This document shows positions 23,799 through 35,233 of a stretch of 64,000 nt of DNA, piece by piece. Below the pieces are notes generated by a model. It was given only the letters and a program-made list of their open reading frames with translations. It was not told where the DNA came from and did no database searches. The DNA comes from an uncultured Nitrososphaeraceae archaeon. GTDB lineage: Archaea; Thermoproteota; Nitrososphaeria; Nitrososphaerales; Nitrososphaeraceae. The stretch spans positions 1 through 64,000 of the forward strand of contig CAWGVG010000033.1 of assembly GCA_963825865.1 (NCBI GenBank), in the 5' to 3' direction. Both the position numbers and the translations under genes were made by a program. How positions within the stretch are numbered: the stretch's first letter is position 1; each line of letters starts with the position of its first letter.

Positions 23799-24008
23799 AT
23801 GTCAAACAACGAAGAGGTTTCTGATACTGACAATAATAGCAGCGATAAAGCAATAATAGAGCATCGAGAAGAAGTAGAAAATCCTAAGGCAATAAAAGCC
23901 GCAGAAGAATTACAAAAGGAAGAGCGAGAGTCAGAGCAGCTGGTTGTAGATCCAGAACAGGTTTTGGAAGAGGAAGAAAAGAGGCAACCACAATCCTTAG
24001 AGGAATAG
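23799..24008 (+). CDS. Small acidic, probably disordered protein
   Basis: 69-aa Glu-rich ORF with ATG start in AT-rich DNA. Confidence 0.6.
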   Translation: MSNNEEVSDTDNNSSDKAIIEHREEVENPKAIKAAEELQKEERESEQLVVDPEQVLEEEEKRQPQSLEE

Positions 24009-24177
24009 CTAATTATTTGTCTTGTGGTTTGTATTCTGGTAACAGAGCATCTTATAAACTATACCGTGAATGTTTTACCATATAATATTTTGGTTTGAAA
24101 TTGTTTGATAATATATTTATATTTATATATATATATTAATTGATTCTAAATAGGATGTGATCATATTAGTTATTGTT

Positions 24178-24324
24178 ATGCCATCTGAAAACCAAGGAGA
24201 ACAGAATCAAAAAGACCAAAGTAAAAGATTAAAGGACAAAAGAGAAGAAGAAGAAGAAGATAGAGAGTTAGAATCTGTCGAGCTAGAATCAACTGGGGGA
24301 GGAATGGGAGCAGGAGGAGGTTAA
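24178..24324 (+). CDS. 48-aa acidic peptide ending in a Gly-rich tail
   Basis: Hand translation MPSENQGEQNQKDQSKRLKDKREEEEEDRELESVELESTGGGMGAGGG; TATA-like AT tract ~40-60 bp upstream. Confidence 0.55.
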   Translation: MPSENQGEQNQKDQSKRLKDKREEEEEDRELESVELESTGGGMGAGGG

Positions 24325-24514
24325 CCACCACTATAACCGCTACCGTCTATAGGTAAGTTTTTTGTTGCCCAGTAGACAACATGCATTTATAATTGATTTT
24401 CGATGGATCAACCATATTGACAAATAATTTATAAGGTCAGTTTCTCTCTAATTTAACTCAACGCGTTATCTACGGCGAAAGTAGAATCCTGGATTCATCT
24501 ACTCTTTCGAGCTT

Positions 24515-25816
24515 TCATGGAAGCAATGGTGGCACCTGGGGAAGCTGTGGAAATCCTGGAATCTGCGGTAATTCTGGTATTGGTCCTAATCCGGCCTGAG
24601 CTTGTGAAGGAGGTGTCTGTGGTCTAGCCTGTAGAGTTGCTGTTAGATCCATTACCTTTCCATCTCTGTTGACTGTAAGCTTAATGGGATCTCCGACATT
24701 CTTGTGTGATTCAATATAGTTGATTATATCGTCAATCTGACTTATAGGGTGTCCATCGACTGCAGTTATTATATCGCCAATGTGTGTTGCAACACCATTA
24801 ATATCATCCTGAGTTAATCCTTGTAGGCCAGCCTTTTCAGCAGGGCTACCTGCCTGGACAGAACCTACAACTACTCCTTTATAATTTGCAGGTAAACCAG
24901 CAGACTTTGCCAGAGTGGGATTCAATTTACCACCGGAAATTCCAAGCCACGGATGAATATAACTTCCATTTTTTAACAGTAAGGGCACTTCTTTAGCAAT
25001 TGTATTTGACGGGATTGCAAATCCTACTCCAGAGTACGCTCCTGTTTTAGAAAAGATAGCAGTATTCATTCCTATAACCTCACCTTTGATATTAAGCAAA
25101 GGACCTCCGGAATTACCTGGATTTATTGCAGCGTCAGTTTGAATTGTATTTGGTATTGTAAATCCTGTATCTGGATTTGGCAATAGTCTGCCTTGTTGGC
25201 TTACTATACCTGTTGTTATAGTACCGCTAAGACCAAATGGGTTACCAATAGCTATTACTTGCTCTGCAGTTCTTACATTAGAAGAATTTGCCATCGGAAG
25301 AGGCACAACTTTCTCTTCTGAAAAGTTATCAGTTATTTGCAGTACAGATAGATCTGCATCAGGATCTTTTCCTATGACTTTAGCAGAGTAAGTATTGCCG
25401 TCTGTAAATGTAACATCAGCCTTATCTGCATCTGCAATCACATGATAGTTAGTAATTATGTGACCTTGGTTATCATACACAAATCCAGAACCTAATGCTG
25501 TACTTCTCCCTGTAGCAGGTATGCCGTTTATAATTATAAGTTGATTAGTGTTAGACCTTGTGCTTGTTATTTGAACCACAGAGTTTTCTACCTTCTTAAA
25601 AACATCCGGTAATGAATTGGATGATGAAGGGAGATTTGCTGGATCTGATGATGACACAGTAGGTTTTCGTTGTTGTTGTTGTTGTGCTATAGTTAACTGC
25701 ACTGGCAAAAAAATAAGGATTGTTGATGATGCGACAATTGTAGATATCAATATTAATAATGCAATTGCTTTTCTACTATCATATATCTTAAATGCTATAC
25801 TAGTGTCATGTTTCAT
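24515..25816 (-). CDS. htrA: HtrA/DegP-family serine protease with PDZ domain
   Basis: N-terminal TM, GSGF, TNYHV, DLSVL, TDAAINPGNSGGPL, PDZ, Pro-rich tail. Confidence 0.95.
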   Translation of the reverse strand: MKHDTSIAFKIYDSRKAIALLILISTIVASSTILIFLPVQLTIAQQQQQRKPTVSSSDPANLPSSSNSLPDVFKKVENSVVQITSTRSNTNQLIIINGIPATGRSTALGSGFVYDNQGHIITNYHVIADADKADVTFTDGNTYSAKVIGKDPDADLSVLQITDNFSEEKVVPLPMANSSNVRTAEQVIAIGNPFGLSGTITTGIVSQQGRLLPNPDTGFTIPNTIQTDAAINPGNSGGPLLNIKGEVIGMNTAIFSKTGAYSGVGFAIPSNTIAKEVPLLLKNGSYIHPWLGISGGKLNPTLAKSAGLPANYKGVVVGSVQAGSPAEKAGLQGLTQDDINGVATHIGDIITAVDGHPISQIDDIINYIESHKNVGDPIKLTVNRDGKVMDLTATLQARPQTPPSQAQAGLGPIPELPQIPGFPQLPQVPPLLP

Positions 25817-25843
25817 GAATATTTTCGCATAGTTGTCTGGAAA

Positions 25844-25909
25844 TATAAATGTAGTGACATTTTTGTCATTTTATATATACATAAATGACAAAATATTTTA
25901 ACATTTATA
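25844..25909. promoter_or_regulatory. Nested inverted repeat over the htrA promoter
   Basis: TTTTGTCATTT (25861-71) pairs with AAATGACAAAA (25883-93); outer TATAAATGT (25844-52) pairs with ACATTTATA (25901-09) around nearly the same centre. Confidence 0.55.
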
Positions 25910-26305
25910 ATTAAGAAGTACATCTCACTTTAGTACAATTATAACATTACATAAAATATATTATCATCTCTTGTTCTTCTAGTCTCTGCTATCTTTTAGA
26001 TATCAAGCACATCCTCCATTACCAGATTGTAACTTGCTTTATCAGCTGGTCAGAGCTTGATATCAAGGCAGCAGTAAAATGAAGCTGCATTTAATTTCTT
26101 TTTTAAACTTATGTTTTTTAAATTTGTATTATTCATCGGATTAGGTAAGGAACCCAAAGAGGTATAGTATGGTATTAGATGATAACAAGAGGGTAACAGG
26201 ATTCAGGTTTGATCTAAAGACAGCAGCATGTTTGAGTATATGTACCTGCTGTCTGTTTTTAACAAAGATTCTCCTGTATTAATTTGGATTCTGAGTGCTA
26301 GCTGC

Positions 26306-26329
26306 TTGTTGCTAACCCATTAGCAACAA
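26306..26329. repeat. Perfect 10-bp inverted repeat TTGTTGCTAA-ccca-TTAGCAACAA
   Basis: Read directly; ~150 bp upstream of the asparaginase gene. Confidence 0.45.
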
Positions 26330-26477
26330 ACGAACTATACAAAAATATATCAGATATATTGGCTATGTAGAGTTTGATAACTCTGATTATAAGTGTCAAA
26401 GATTCAGCAATTATTATTTATTCAATAGAAAGCTTATTTCAAATACAGGGTCATTAGTCCTAAGAAATTAGCAATAG

Positions 26478-27507
26478 ATGACTATAAAGAATTTTGGAAT
26501 ACTAGTACATGGAGGAGCAGGCAGCAATAAAAGAAAGACAAAAAAAAATTTTAATGAAACAGAAATTGCAAAAACAATTGAACAAGCTGCGTGCAGTGGT
26601 TTTGATATCCTGAAAAACCATACTACTAACACAAATAATAATAATACTAACACTTTTGCTCTTGATGCTGTAGAAATTGCTGTGGTACTTATGGAAGATA
26701 GTGGTTTATTTGATGCAGGTATTCTTGGTTCATACCTTACAGCTGATGCAGAGGTAGAAATGGATGCGTCCATAATGAACGGAAAGGATTTATCAGCAGG
26801 CTCTGTTGGAATGGTAACAGAATATACAGAATCCAATAAAATTAGCTAGGTTAGTAATGGAACATACTGATCATGTAATGCTAGTTTCTGATGGTGTCAC
26901 GCAGTTAGCAAAGTTTTTCGATAATGAAATAAAATATAGAAAACCTACCAAACAAAATTTAAAGAAGTATGTCAATTACTTAAAGAATAAGGATAAAAAA
27001 ATTGTGAAAAAAGAATGGCCCAAAAATCATAAATTATTTTTTTCTCTTCCTAAATTTACCTATGATCATTACGGAACAGTAGGCGCTGTTGCAATCGATA
27101 GAGAAGGAAATGTAGCATCCGCAGTTTCGACAGGTGGAAGATGGTTTAAAATGCATGGCAGAATAGGTGATTCTGCAATCATTGGTTCCGGTTTGTATGC
27201 AGATAATGAATCAGGCGCAGCATGTATTACTGGTGTTGGAGAATTGATTATGCGACTATGCCTTGCAAAGACAACATGTGAATATATGAGAGGAGAAAGC
27301 GCACTAACCTCAAGTAAAAAGGCAATTGAATTAATAACACAGAAATTTGGAAAAAATACTGGAGGCATAATTGCAGTAGACAAAAATGGCCAATTTGGTG
27401 TAGAAATGAATACCCAATCAATGCCAGTAGCGTTATATTCCAGCAATACAGGTAATAGGGTTAAATTAGCGCTCAGAAGAGAGGAAGCTCATCATCTAAT
27501 ATTGTAA
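26478..27507 (+). CDS. iaaA: Isoaspartyl peptidase/L-asparaginase (Ntn hydrolase), frameshift near 26825
   Basis: VHGGAG, EMDASIM.G, GTVGAVA (nucleophile Thr), STGG and GRIGDS motifs. Confidence 0.9.
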
Positions 27508-27777
27508 TATTAGCAACAACAAATATAATTGCTGTAACTCTAGTCACAACCGTCAAGGTAGGCCACAATTGAGAGCAGCTCATAATCTTTTGGCATGTCA
27601 GCAATCATTTACAGTCTCAAACCATAATAGGAACTCGACTTCCATAGTAGTGAACCGTAGCAATACACTATAGTGAGGGATCATCAGCAATCTTTTTACA
27701 TTTCGATTTTCAACAACGAAGAGCCAACAACAATCCAAAAATTTATAAAAAACTCAAACAGAGTAAACTAGAGATAT

Positions 27778-28041
27778 ATGACACTCCCAAAAGGATTTGG
27801 AACTTCTCAATCTAGCAAAAGCAGGACTTATGACGAATGGTGGGCTACCGTCCCTGAAGACTTGAGACAAAAGACACGTAAAGGAGATGAAGGAAATAAA
27901 CCTCTATTAAACCAGCTCAACTACGTTCTATTACACCTTCATTTAGCTGGCAAACATGATGCAAAACCAAGTCATAAGGAACTAAAGGATTGGTTGCACA
28001 GTGGTCAGGTAGATGTTCTTAGAATGACCGCAAAGAAATAA
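27778..28041 (+). CDS. Conserved thaumarchaeal hypothetical protein
   Basis: 87-aa ORF with TATA box upstream; MTLPKGFG...YDEWW...WLHSGQVD. Confidence 0.7.
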   Translation: MTLPKGFGTSQSSKSRTYDEWWATVPEDLRQKTRKGDEGNKPLLNQLNYVLLHLHLAGKHDAKPSHKELKDWLHSGQVDVLRMTAKK

Positions 28042-28411
28042 GTAGATATTAGATTGTAATGGGATATCTGCTAATTTTTATCAACCACAGCCTTGACAGA
28101 ATACAAAGCTTTGTAATAGAATGACTTAAAAAAGATATCTTGTATAAGCCTTAGCTAACTTGTGACATCCGGAAAATTCCTATACCGCTTTTTTTCTGTT
28201 TTTATTAACGATAGTTTTCGTAACATTTTATACCGCTGTATCAATGAATTTAAAATGCATTAAAGATTGAGATACATCTGTTATGAATGTACGACCAGGA
28301 TTATTTGGACCTTAGGTTATTAACAGCTACTCTTGAATATCTTTTGTTCTTTCCTTTATCAATTCCTGCCACCCCCATTTTCTCGGACATTCTCCAAAAA
28401 GATATTACTGA

Positions 28412-28527
28412 TGATGCAGCATCGGCTCCCCAGCCCTTAACAACTAGTCAACTTCCTCAGGCTACACATTGATCTTACTGATCAGAATTACAGGACCGAC
28501 ATTTTCTTCTTCCATTTGCTCTGAGAG
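28412..28527 (-). pseudogene. Antibiotic biosynthesis monooxygenase (ABM) family fragment
   Basis: LSEQMEEENVGPVILISKINV*PEEVD*LLRA...DAA; two stops. Confidence 0.5.
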
Positions 28528-29557
28528 CCTCCAGGCTGGATCGTGGATATTCGTACGGAAGCTAGGCCAATTCACAGGCCATCCTTTTTCTATTCTATTT
28601 GTCTTTGTAGGAATATCATATTTATGAAAATCCTTATTGCCTTAGCGAGCTATATCTCCACCTCCTTCCATGAGTCTATGAGAGTGGGATATAGTAGAGT
28701 GAGATTTTCTACTATTATTATATACGATTTCACCAGTTTCGCCTAGGCTTCATATTCGGCCCTACCCTTTTGTCGGTATTTTTAGACCCCAATCGTTATG
28801 GAGAGAGTTCCGCCAATAATCTTTTGTAAAATTTTTTTTCCAGTTTTTCTTTTATCTACTATCATAATATTTTATGATGTTATAACACTTTGCAAAAAAA
28901 GTGGCTAACACTGGCATAATACCAGTTGTTTTCTTATCACATTTTCCGGAAAATTTTGTTATCACTTCATAGAAGTATTATCTCACTAGACAAGGTTCTT
29001 ATCAGTTTTATCACATCTATTCGGAAACATACATAACCCTTTTCCTTCAGAGTATTCTTTGATTAGATGATATCTAGCTCTGTATCAGACAGTCTAGTTG
29101 TGATTGAGTTGTGTTCACGTGCAATAGAATCGCCCTTCCTCCTTTTTCCATCATATTACTATTAGCGATCACTTGTTAATACTGCGAATAACATACAAAA
29201 ACCATCTGAGTTTCGATCTTTGTAAATAAAAAGTCTGTACCTTCTCTATGCGTAGCCTTATCTATCCTCATTTTCTGCTCAGCAATTTTGTCTTGAACAA
29301 TATCTTCTAGTTTACCGATATGAACCTTCTTTTGTGTTGTATATTCTAAAACCCATTGCAGGGTACGTATTTCAGTTTAGTTGAAGTCCACAATAGAATC
29401 GTCTTCCCTCCCTTCTTCTTTTTGACTTTTGACTTTTTATTGGCTATATGACTGTAGCCTGAGATATTGCCGTAGAATAATAAGGATCTTGTTTAGTTAT
29501 TTCTGCCTTGTAAATTCATTAACAATAGGCTTGCTTGATTATCAAAGGAGTTCATTT

Positions 29558-29830
29558 TTAACAAGGCTTATTCTCTTGGTGCTCGTTATTTTTTTCTGAT
29601 TGAATAAATGTATATTCTTCTCTATATGCATGAGTCTGATTAGCTGTTGTTGGACTTGATCTTACATGACTTTGTTGTTCTTCATTAGATGGTGGAAGCA
29701 TTGGCAATAATGATGATGATTCACTATCGTCACTTGCTACATCACTAATGGTCTTATTAGTAAGGTCTTCTACCATTTTGTTATAGAGCTCCTCAGATTC
29801 ATCTAACAATATCTTCTCGCAAATGTATGA
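29558..29830 (-). pseudogene. C-terminal fragment of a thaumarchaeal coiled-coil protein
   Basis: EKILLDESEELYNKMVEDLTNKTIS plus a Ser-rich tail; no credible start. Confidence 0.35.
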
Positions 29831-29842
29831 AAATTTTGAATT

Positions 29843-30070
29843 CTACCTTGTTTTTAACTCATAATTGACTTCGAACATTGTCAATATATCTTTGAAATTT
29901 TCATCAGATGTAAATCTACAAATTGTAACCCAGGTCCTTCTTATATTTGCCTTTATCTCGCAAACAGCGTCGTAAGGAACTATTCCTACTTCAACATCGT
30001 ATTTGTGCCTTAACTTTTCTTCCAATTTGCTGGCAATCTGTCCTGGTGCATATATTAAAATCCTTCGCAT
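29843..30070 (-). CDS. Small hypothetical protein
   Basis: 75-aa ORF with ATG start and globular alpha/beta composition. Confidence 0.6.
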   Translation of the reverse strand: MRRILIYAPGQIASKLEEKLRHKYDVEVGIVPYDAVCEIKANIRRTWVTICRFTSDENFKDILTMFEVNYELKTR

Positions 30071-30319
30071 AGAATAGATTCACAACTGTATTCTAATATT
30101 GCACAATGAATACTAAAGTCTATCTAATCTAATACAGAGATCTTTGATGCAGAAAAGAATTTCAACCTACTCTACATACGTGAGCCAAATCTCAGTATCT
30201 GGATTCCTAACCTAATGGGTTGACTCTCCGATGTTATACTTCAATAGTTCTATTCCATATTCCTTTGTTTTTCAGTTCGTTCAAAATAATTTATTTCTTT
30301 AATAAATACATTTCATCTT

Positions 30320-31715
30320 ATGCAAAGTTCGATTTTTGTAACCATAAATAACACGTCAAAAAAGAACTATAGTAACAGAATTAAAACATACTATCGATTA
30401 CAGCTCTATAAGCAAACCATTTATAATCTCAGCTGTTATTCTTCTATTTTTAGGATCATTTGTTGGATTAGTATGGATGATGTCAATATTTGGCATATGG
30501 TCGCCATTGCCTCATTGGTTTTATGGCTTATCATTTCAACTTCATAAGACTCTACAAATGGATGGATTTCTAACGCTGCTTATAATGGGTATCGGATATA
30601 TGATAATCCCAAGGTTTAGAAATATACAGCTTGCATCGATAAAGCTTGCTTATCTTTCTTTCTTTCTTGTACTTTTTTCTTTGGTATTTAGGATAGTAAT
30701 ACAAACTGTCACAGTTGTAGGAAATGATAGTGTTAACTATTTGTTGTCAATATGTATCATGACTTTAAGACTTGCCGGCGTAATTATATTTCTAATAATA
30801 GTTTTGCAGATGTTGAGAATTAGGCCAAAGCTCCTTGGATTATCAGATTATTTTATTGCTCTATCTGTCCTTACTTTGATAATTGTGAATATAATTGAAC
30901 TACTATCATTGTACAGATATGCTAATTCTGATTCGTTATCTTATATTCAGTATTGGTTACTGTTTCCTATACTTATGATCTATGGAATTGAATACAAAAC
31001 ACTACCATCTTTTCTTGGTTTCATAAGACCGAGGAAAACTTTGGGCATAGCCTCATTGATAGTTGCATCAATTTCTATTATTCTAGGTCTCCTGTCTATT
31101 ATTATCTCTATTGATATTTTACCACTTGGAATAATTTTTAATGCTTTACTATTGGTGTCCTCATTATTATTTGCCAGTTCACATTATGCATTTGGCTGCG
31201 TATAATTCAAGGAGAAAAGAAAGCGCGCTATCACTTTACTGTGATTCATATTAAAATGTCATTTTTATTTCTTTTTATCGGCATTACGCTGGCCCTTTTA
31301 TTTAGCTTGGTTGGCCATCAGCAACAGAAATACCGTTTTATTTTTTATGATCTTGCTATTCATAGTATAGTCTATTGGGTTCATTGGAATTACTATTGCA
31401 TTATATTTGCCACTTATGCTCCCACCAATTATTGGAAAAATAATTAATTTTACCAATTTCAATAAAATTCCTTTGATTTTGATCATTGCATCATTAGGCA
31501 TTCGTGCAATTGGAGGCTTTTATGTTCCGATACAAATATCCTTCTCCTCCGTTAGAGATGATAATATCCCTATTTTACTTCATAAGATGCTGACGTATTG
31601 CTTCAGCTTGTCTGGTTGGCTTGTTATTGCAGCCATGTTAATTTTCGTCTTAATGTTACACAGATCTATTAAGGAGATTAACCATTTACCACAGAAAGAC
31701 AGTCGTAACAAGTAA
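30320..31715 (+). CDS. NnrS-like / heme-copper-oxidase-like polytopic membrane protein, several frameshifts
   Basis: Consecutive hydrophobic ORFs with LHKTLQMDGF...GIGYMIIPRF, LPSFLG and DLAIHS..IGF motifs. Confidence 0.55.
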
Positions 31716-31957
31716 TAAACAGTTAGTTTGCGATAGACAATAACTCCTATGTCAATGGAGCTATAATAAGAGACAGCAAATAAATAGGAATATAACATTG
31801 TTTCTAGCAATTGATAACATAATCTATAATACACAAACAAACAAGTATCAACTCGGATAAAGAATGATCTAATATTCTGTCCTAACTTAAAACTTAATTA
31901 AAACACAAATCTAACGCTTCTGATAAGAGTGATTTTATACACAAAAGGTAAGGAACC

Positions 31958-32762
31958 TCAGAGTATCTTTCCTCCCATCTTACGTATCTCTTCAAGCATC
32001 ATGCTTGAGATATTATTATATCTAGTTTCAACTTCAGATTTATTTCTTCCTCTTGATACAATCTGCACACGCAACATTGGCTTATTATCGCTAGTATATC
32101 CTCTGGGATGTGTTTTCAGATAAATCGAATCTGACTGATATGATTCAACTATCTTGGTTAGAATAGGCGCAAGCATTGCTTCGGTAATACTAATTATTTC
32201 AAAACTAGATTCAGTAATGTGAAAATCACCAGTGTTTTTCTTTATTTCAGGAAGTGTGCTTTCTAAAAATATTGCTTCCATTTCTTTAGGGTACTCCTGG
32301 AAGGCAAATAATCTTTGTTTTGGCAGTTTCTACTAGAACAGAGGGTGCGGAGCCGACAGGGTTCTGGATTGGAATTGATCCTATTGGAATCGTTGCCATC
32401 TTTAATTGTATTTCGTTCAGTTCATCATAATTCACTAAATGGCGTGAATAACTTTTTCTTAACATTTCTACTGCTCTCTTGTCAAGTGCAAGTTCCACTC
32501 CTAAACTTATTCCAACTCCTTGCAGAGTTTTATCATCATAAGTAGGTCCAAGGCCACCAGAAATAATCAACCAACTTGGTCTCCGTGCTAATGACTCCTT
32601 TACTGCGAAAGCTATTTCATCAATATCGTCTCTGACGATTGTTATCCTTATTACACATCCACCAGCCTCGGTAATTTTTTGTGAAAGCCACTGAGCATTA
32701 GTATTCACAGTTCTGCCGGAAAGCAATTCATTCCCTATGCATAATATTTCGAAGGTAAACAT
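31958..32762 (-). CDS. cinA: CinA-like molybdopterin-binding domain protein, frameshift near 32288
   Basis: IGNELLSG...NTNA.WL, SGGLGPTYDD.T, LPGVP and YLKTHP motifs. Confidence 0.88.
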
Positions 32763-33705
32763 TGATATAAAATGTTCTTCTATTTCCTATATGACTGCTA
32801 CGGAATTAGCAAGTGGGATTACTTTCATGGATATTCTAATTTGCAATCTATTTAAATTAGCCTCTCATAATCATCTCCCCACCTTTTCCATAATTTGATT
32901 TTGTCATAACCGTATATGAATTCCAAGGACCTTCCATTTGTGTCCAAATCCATTAAGGGGCAACGCGCTTTTCCTCCCCTGTGAAGTCTTTTAAGACAAA
33001 ATTAAAGATATAATCAGGCCATCCGGCTTCACATAGTACACACTTTCAAATCGACTTACTTTCTACTTTATCGCTTTTTGACAGCGGATTCAATCCTTTT
33101 GCAGTTTCAATAGCTAAAAAACTTCCTATATATATAATCTAAAATGTTTAGACATATGTGCAATCTCTTCTGTAAGAGGGGTGATGGATCTGTTTGCTCG
33201 TCAAAAACAAATGAGGCAGGTTCTAGACTCAAAAAGAGTAAACTATTTTTAATAATGAATTCGATTCGATGTATCGTTTTATCTTCAATTTCAATGGTGT
33301 CTTCTGCAAGTTTCATAGGATTGCCCCTTGAATGACATAATGTTCTTTTTGAAGGAGAAATGAATGATCTTAATGCTTCAGTTGATTTCTTTTTCAACTT
33401 ATTAAAGTACACGTGTTATTAATGTATCATAAAGGTTCATACCTAAAAATATTAATATCGCTATTTAATCGATTTACTGCTAGTAATATAACGAACTTCT
33501 TACAATTAACAGTAATTCTGGTCTCATAAGAATTGTACTTGCGTAATCTATTATGAGTTATATAGTGTCCAATGAATACCCATATAATAACTAACAATAA
33601 AATCATGCAGTAGTATTTTACCCTATTTACAAACACAACTTGTGCGGCTAGGTGTATTGAGGAGGAAGAGGATAATAATATCTAGACAGCAACGCTATAA
33701 CAAAA

Positions 33706-33924
33706 TCATCCTTTAGTTATCCTATAGGTCACAAATGATATTGGTTGCTGTTCTCTTGGATGATGCAATTTTGTTACCTTCTCCTTCTCTTTTTCTATCC
33801 TCTCAATCTTCGGATGACATGAGTAACAGTAATTACATCCGATACAAATATGGGGAGTTCTTTTCATACACTCACAACATTGACCGTACTCAGGATCCGT
33901 GTATAATGTAATATATTCATGCAT
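33706..33924 (-). CDS. Small Cys-rich zinc-finger protein
   Basis: CCEC...HICIGCNYCYSCH. Confidence 0.55.
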   Translation of the reverse strand: MHEYITLYTDPEYGQCCECMKRTPHICIGCNYCYSCHPKIERIEKEKEKVTKLHHPREQQPISFVTYRITKG

Positions 33925-34323
33925 ATTGCATGTATAGTTTACAATGTAAGTAAATAAAATGTATAATACTATAGTGGGAGGGAGGGGATTATACCAGATA
34001 ATAACGATTAAAAGATGTCCAATCTGAGTAAAAATATTCAAGGTTGAAGTTACTACAGAGGATATGAGGAGCACTCTAAGATATTATATATAAAATATGA
34101 GACTGTGGGATTGTGTTTAAGAATATGCTCTTTAACTTGGTTCCTTATTAAGAGTTATCAAATTGACATACATCGCTAATTGTCGCGATTACCTTTGTAA
34201 TGGCTTTTAATTGTTGGCACAATTATAATTCAGTTTGTATGTTTTCTAAAGTAATATGAAAAATTAATAATAAAACAAAAGGCAGTAGTAATATGTAAAA
34301 AAGCTCTTTTGTAGCCTTTATAT

Positions 34324-35082
34324 TCATTGTTTCTTTTTCAATTCCATGAATTCTTTATATCCTTCTCCAAATTCTTTTTCTACTAGTTGTAGCAACTCCA
34401 TGAATTTGTTATCATTTGAGAGAAGTGTCTTCATCGCATTCTCGAGTTCGTATAATACCACATTAGCATTATCCTTATCACTTTCGGGGTTAGTCATAAG
34501 CATATTTGATCCATTATACATTAAAGCTAGTTTAAATCCCAAAGCTTTAGCATGCCATTCCAAATCAAATCCCAATCTTTTAACATACTTCTTTCTATCT
34601 TCTTCTACATTTGAAGCTTTAATATCGCCAAGCGCATAAAGAGTAGTCTCACAGCACTCTCGTAGATGTTGAGTTATTGCAAAGTACAAACGAGCAGTAC
34701 AACGTCTTATGGTATCTATTTGGAGGTACGGATAAATTAAGGTTTTTAATATGATATTATCCTGATATTTTATTAACAATGTAGGTGGGTAGCTCAACAT
34801 CGTCGAAAAGATATAAAACAAACCACAAGTAGTGAACCTGTAATATATTGATCCGCGCAATAATTTTCCTTCTTGTTCAATTAAATTTAATTTTTGAAGT
34901 CTCTCTACTGTAGCATGCTCACTCTTGTAAACCATCGGTTGACGTCTAGATTTGATGTAAGATGTTATTTTGAACGATGAATCTTGACCGCTCATAATTT
35001 TGAAAAGAAATGATTTTTCTGCCTCTCCAAGTTCTATTCGTTCATACGTCGATACTTCTGACATATACATCGAATAGTCCAC
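34324..35082 (-). CDS. Hypothetical protein with probable N-terminal winged-helix domain
   Basis: 252-aa ORF; V.RL.KL.LIE...G.IYY.FTTCG pattern. Confidence 0.6.
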   Translation of the reverse strand: MDYSMYMSEVSTYERIELGEAEKSFLFKIMSGQDSSFKITSYIKSRRQPMVYKSEHATVERLQKLNLIEQEGKLLRGSIYYRFTTCGLFYIFSTMLSYPPTLLIKYQDNIILKTLIYPYLQIDTIRRCTARLYFAITQHLRECCETTLYALGDIKASNVEEDRKKYVKRLGFDLEWHAKALGFKLALMYNGSNMLMTNPESDKDNANVVLYELENAMKTLLSNDNKFMELLQLVEKEFGEGYKEFMELKKKQ

Positions 35083-35233
35083 ATATGTAGATGTTATCGT
35101 ATACTCAATAAGTATTTCTTAATTGTTGCATTCAATGACTAAAGAGTAGTAGATGGTGTTGTTAAATTAAGGTTAAGAATTAGAAGAGCGGTACCAAAAT
35201 GATTTTATTAGCGAAGGCTAGAGAGGAATTCCA

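Noticed and set aside
28540-29520. Degraded coding-like stretches (GWPVNWPSFR; EIRTLQWVL), and similar ones at 32790-33412 and 37870-38150
   Set aside because: Multiple stops and no family I can name with confidence.
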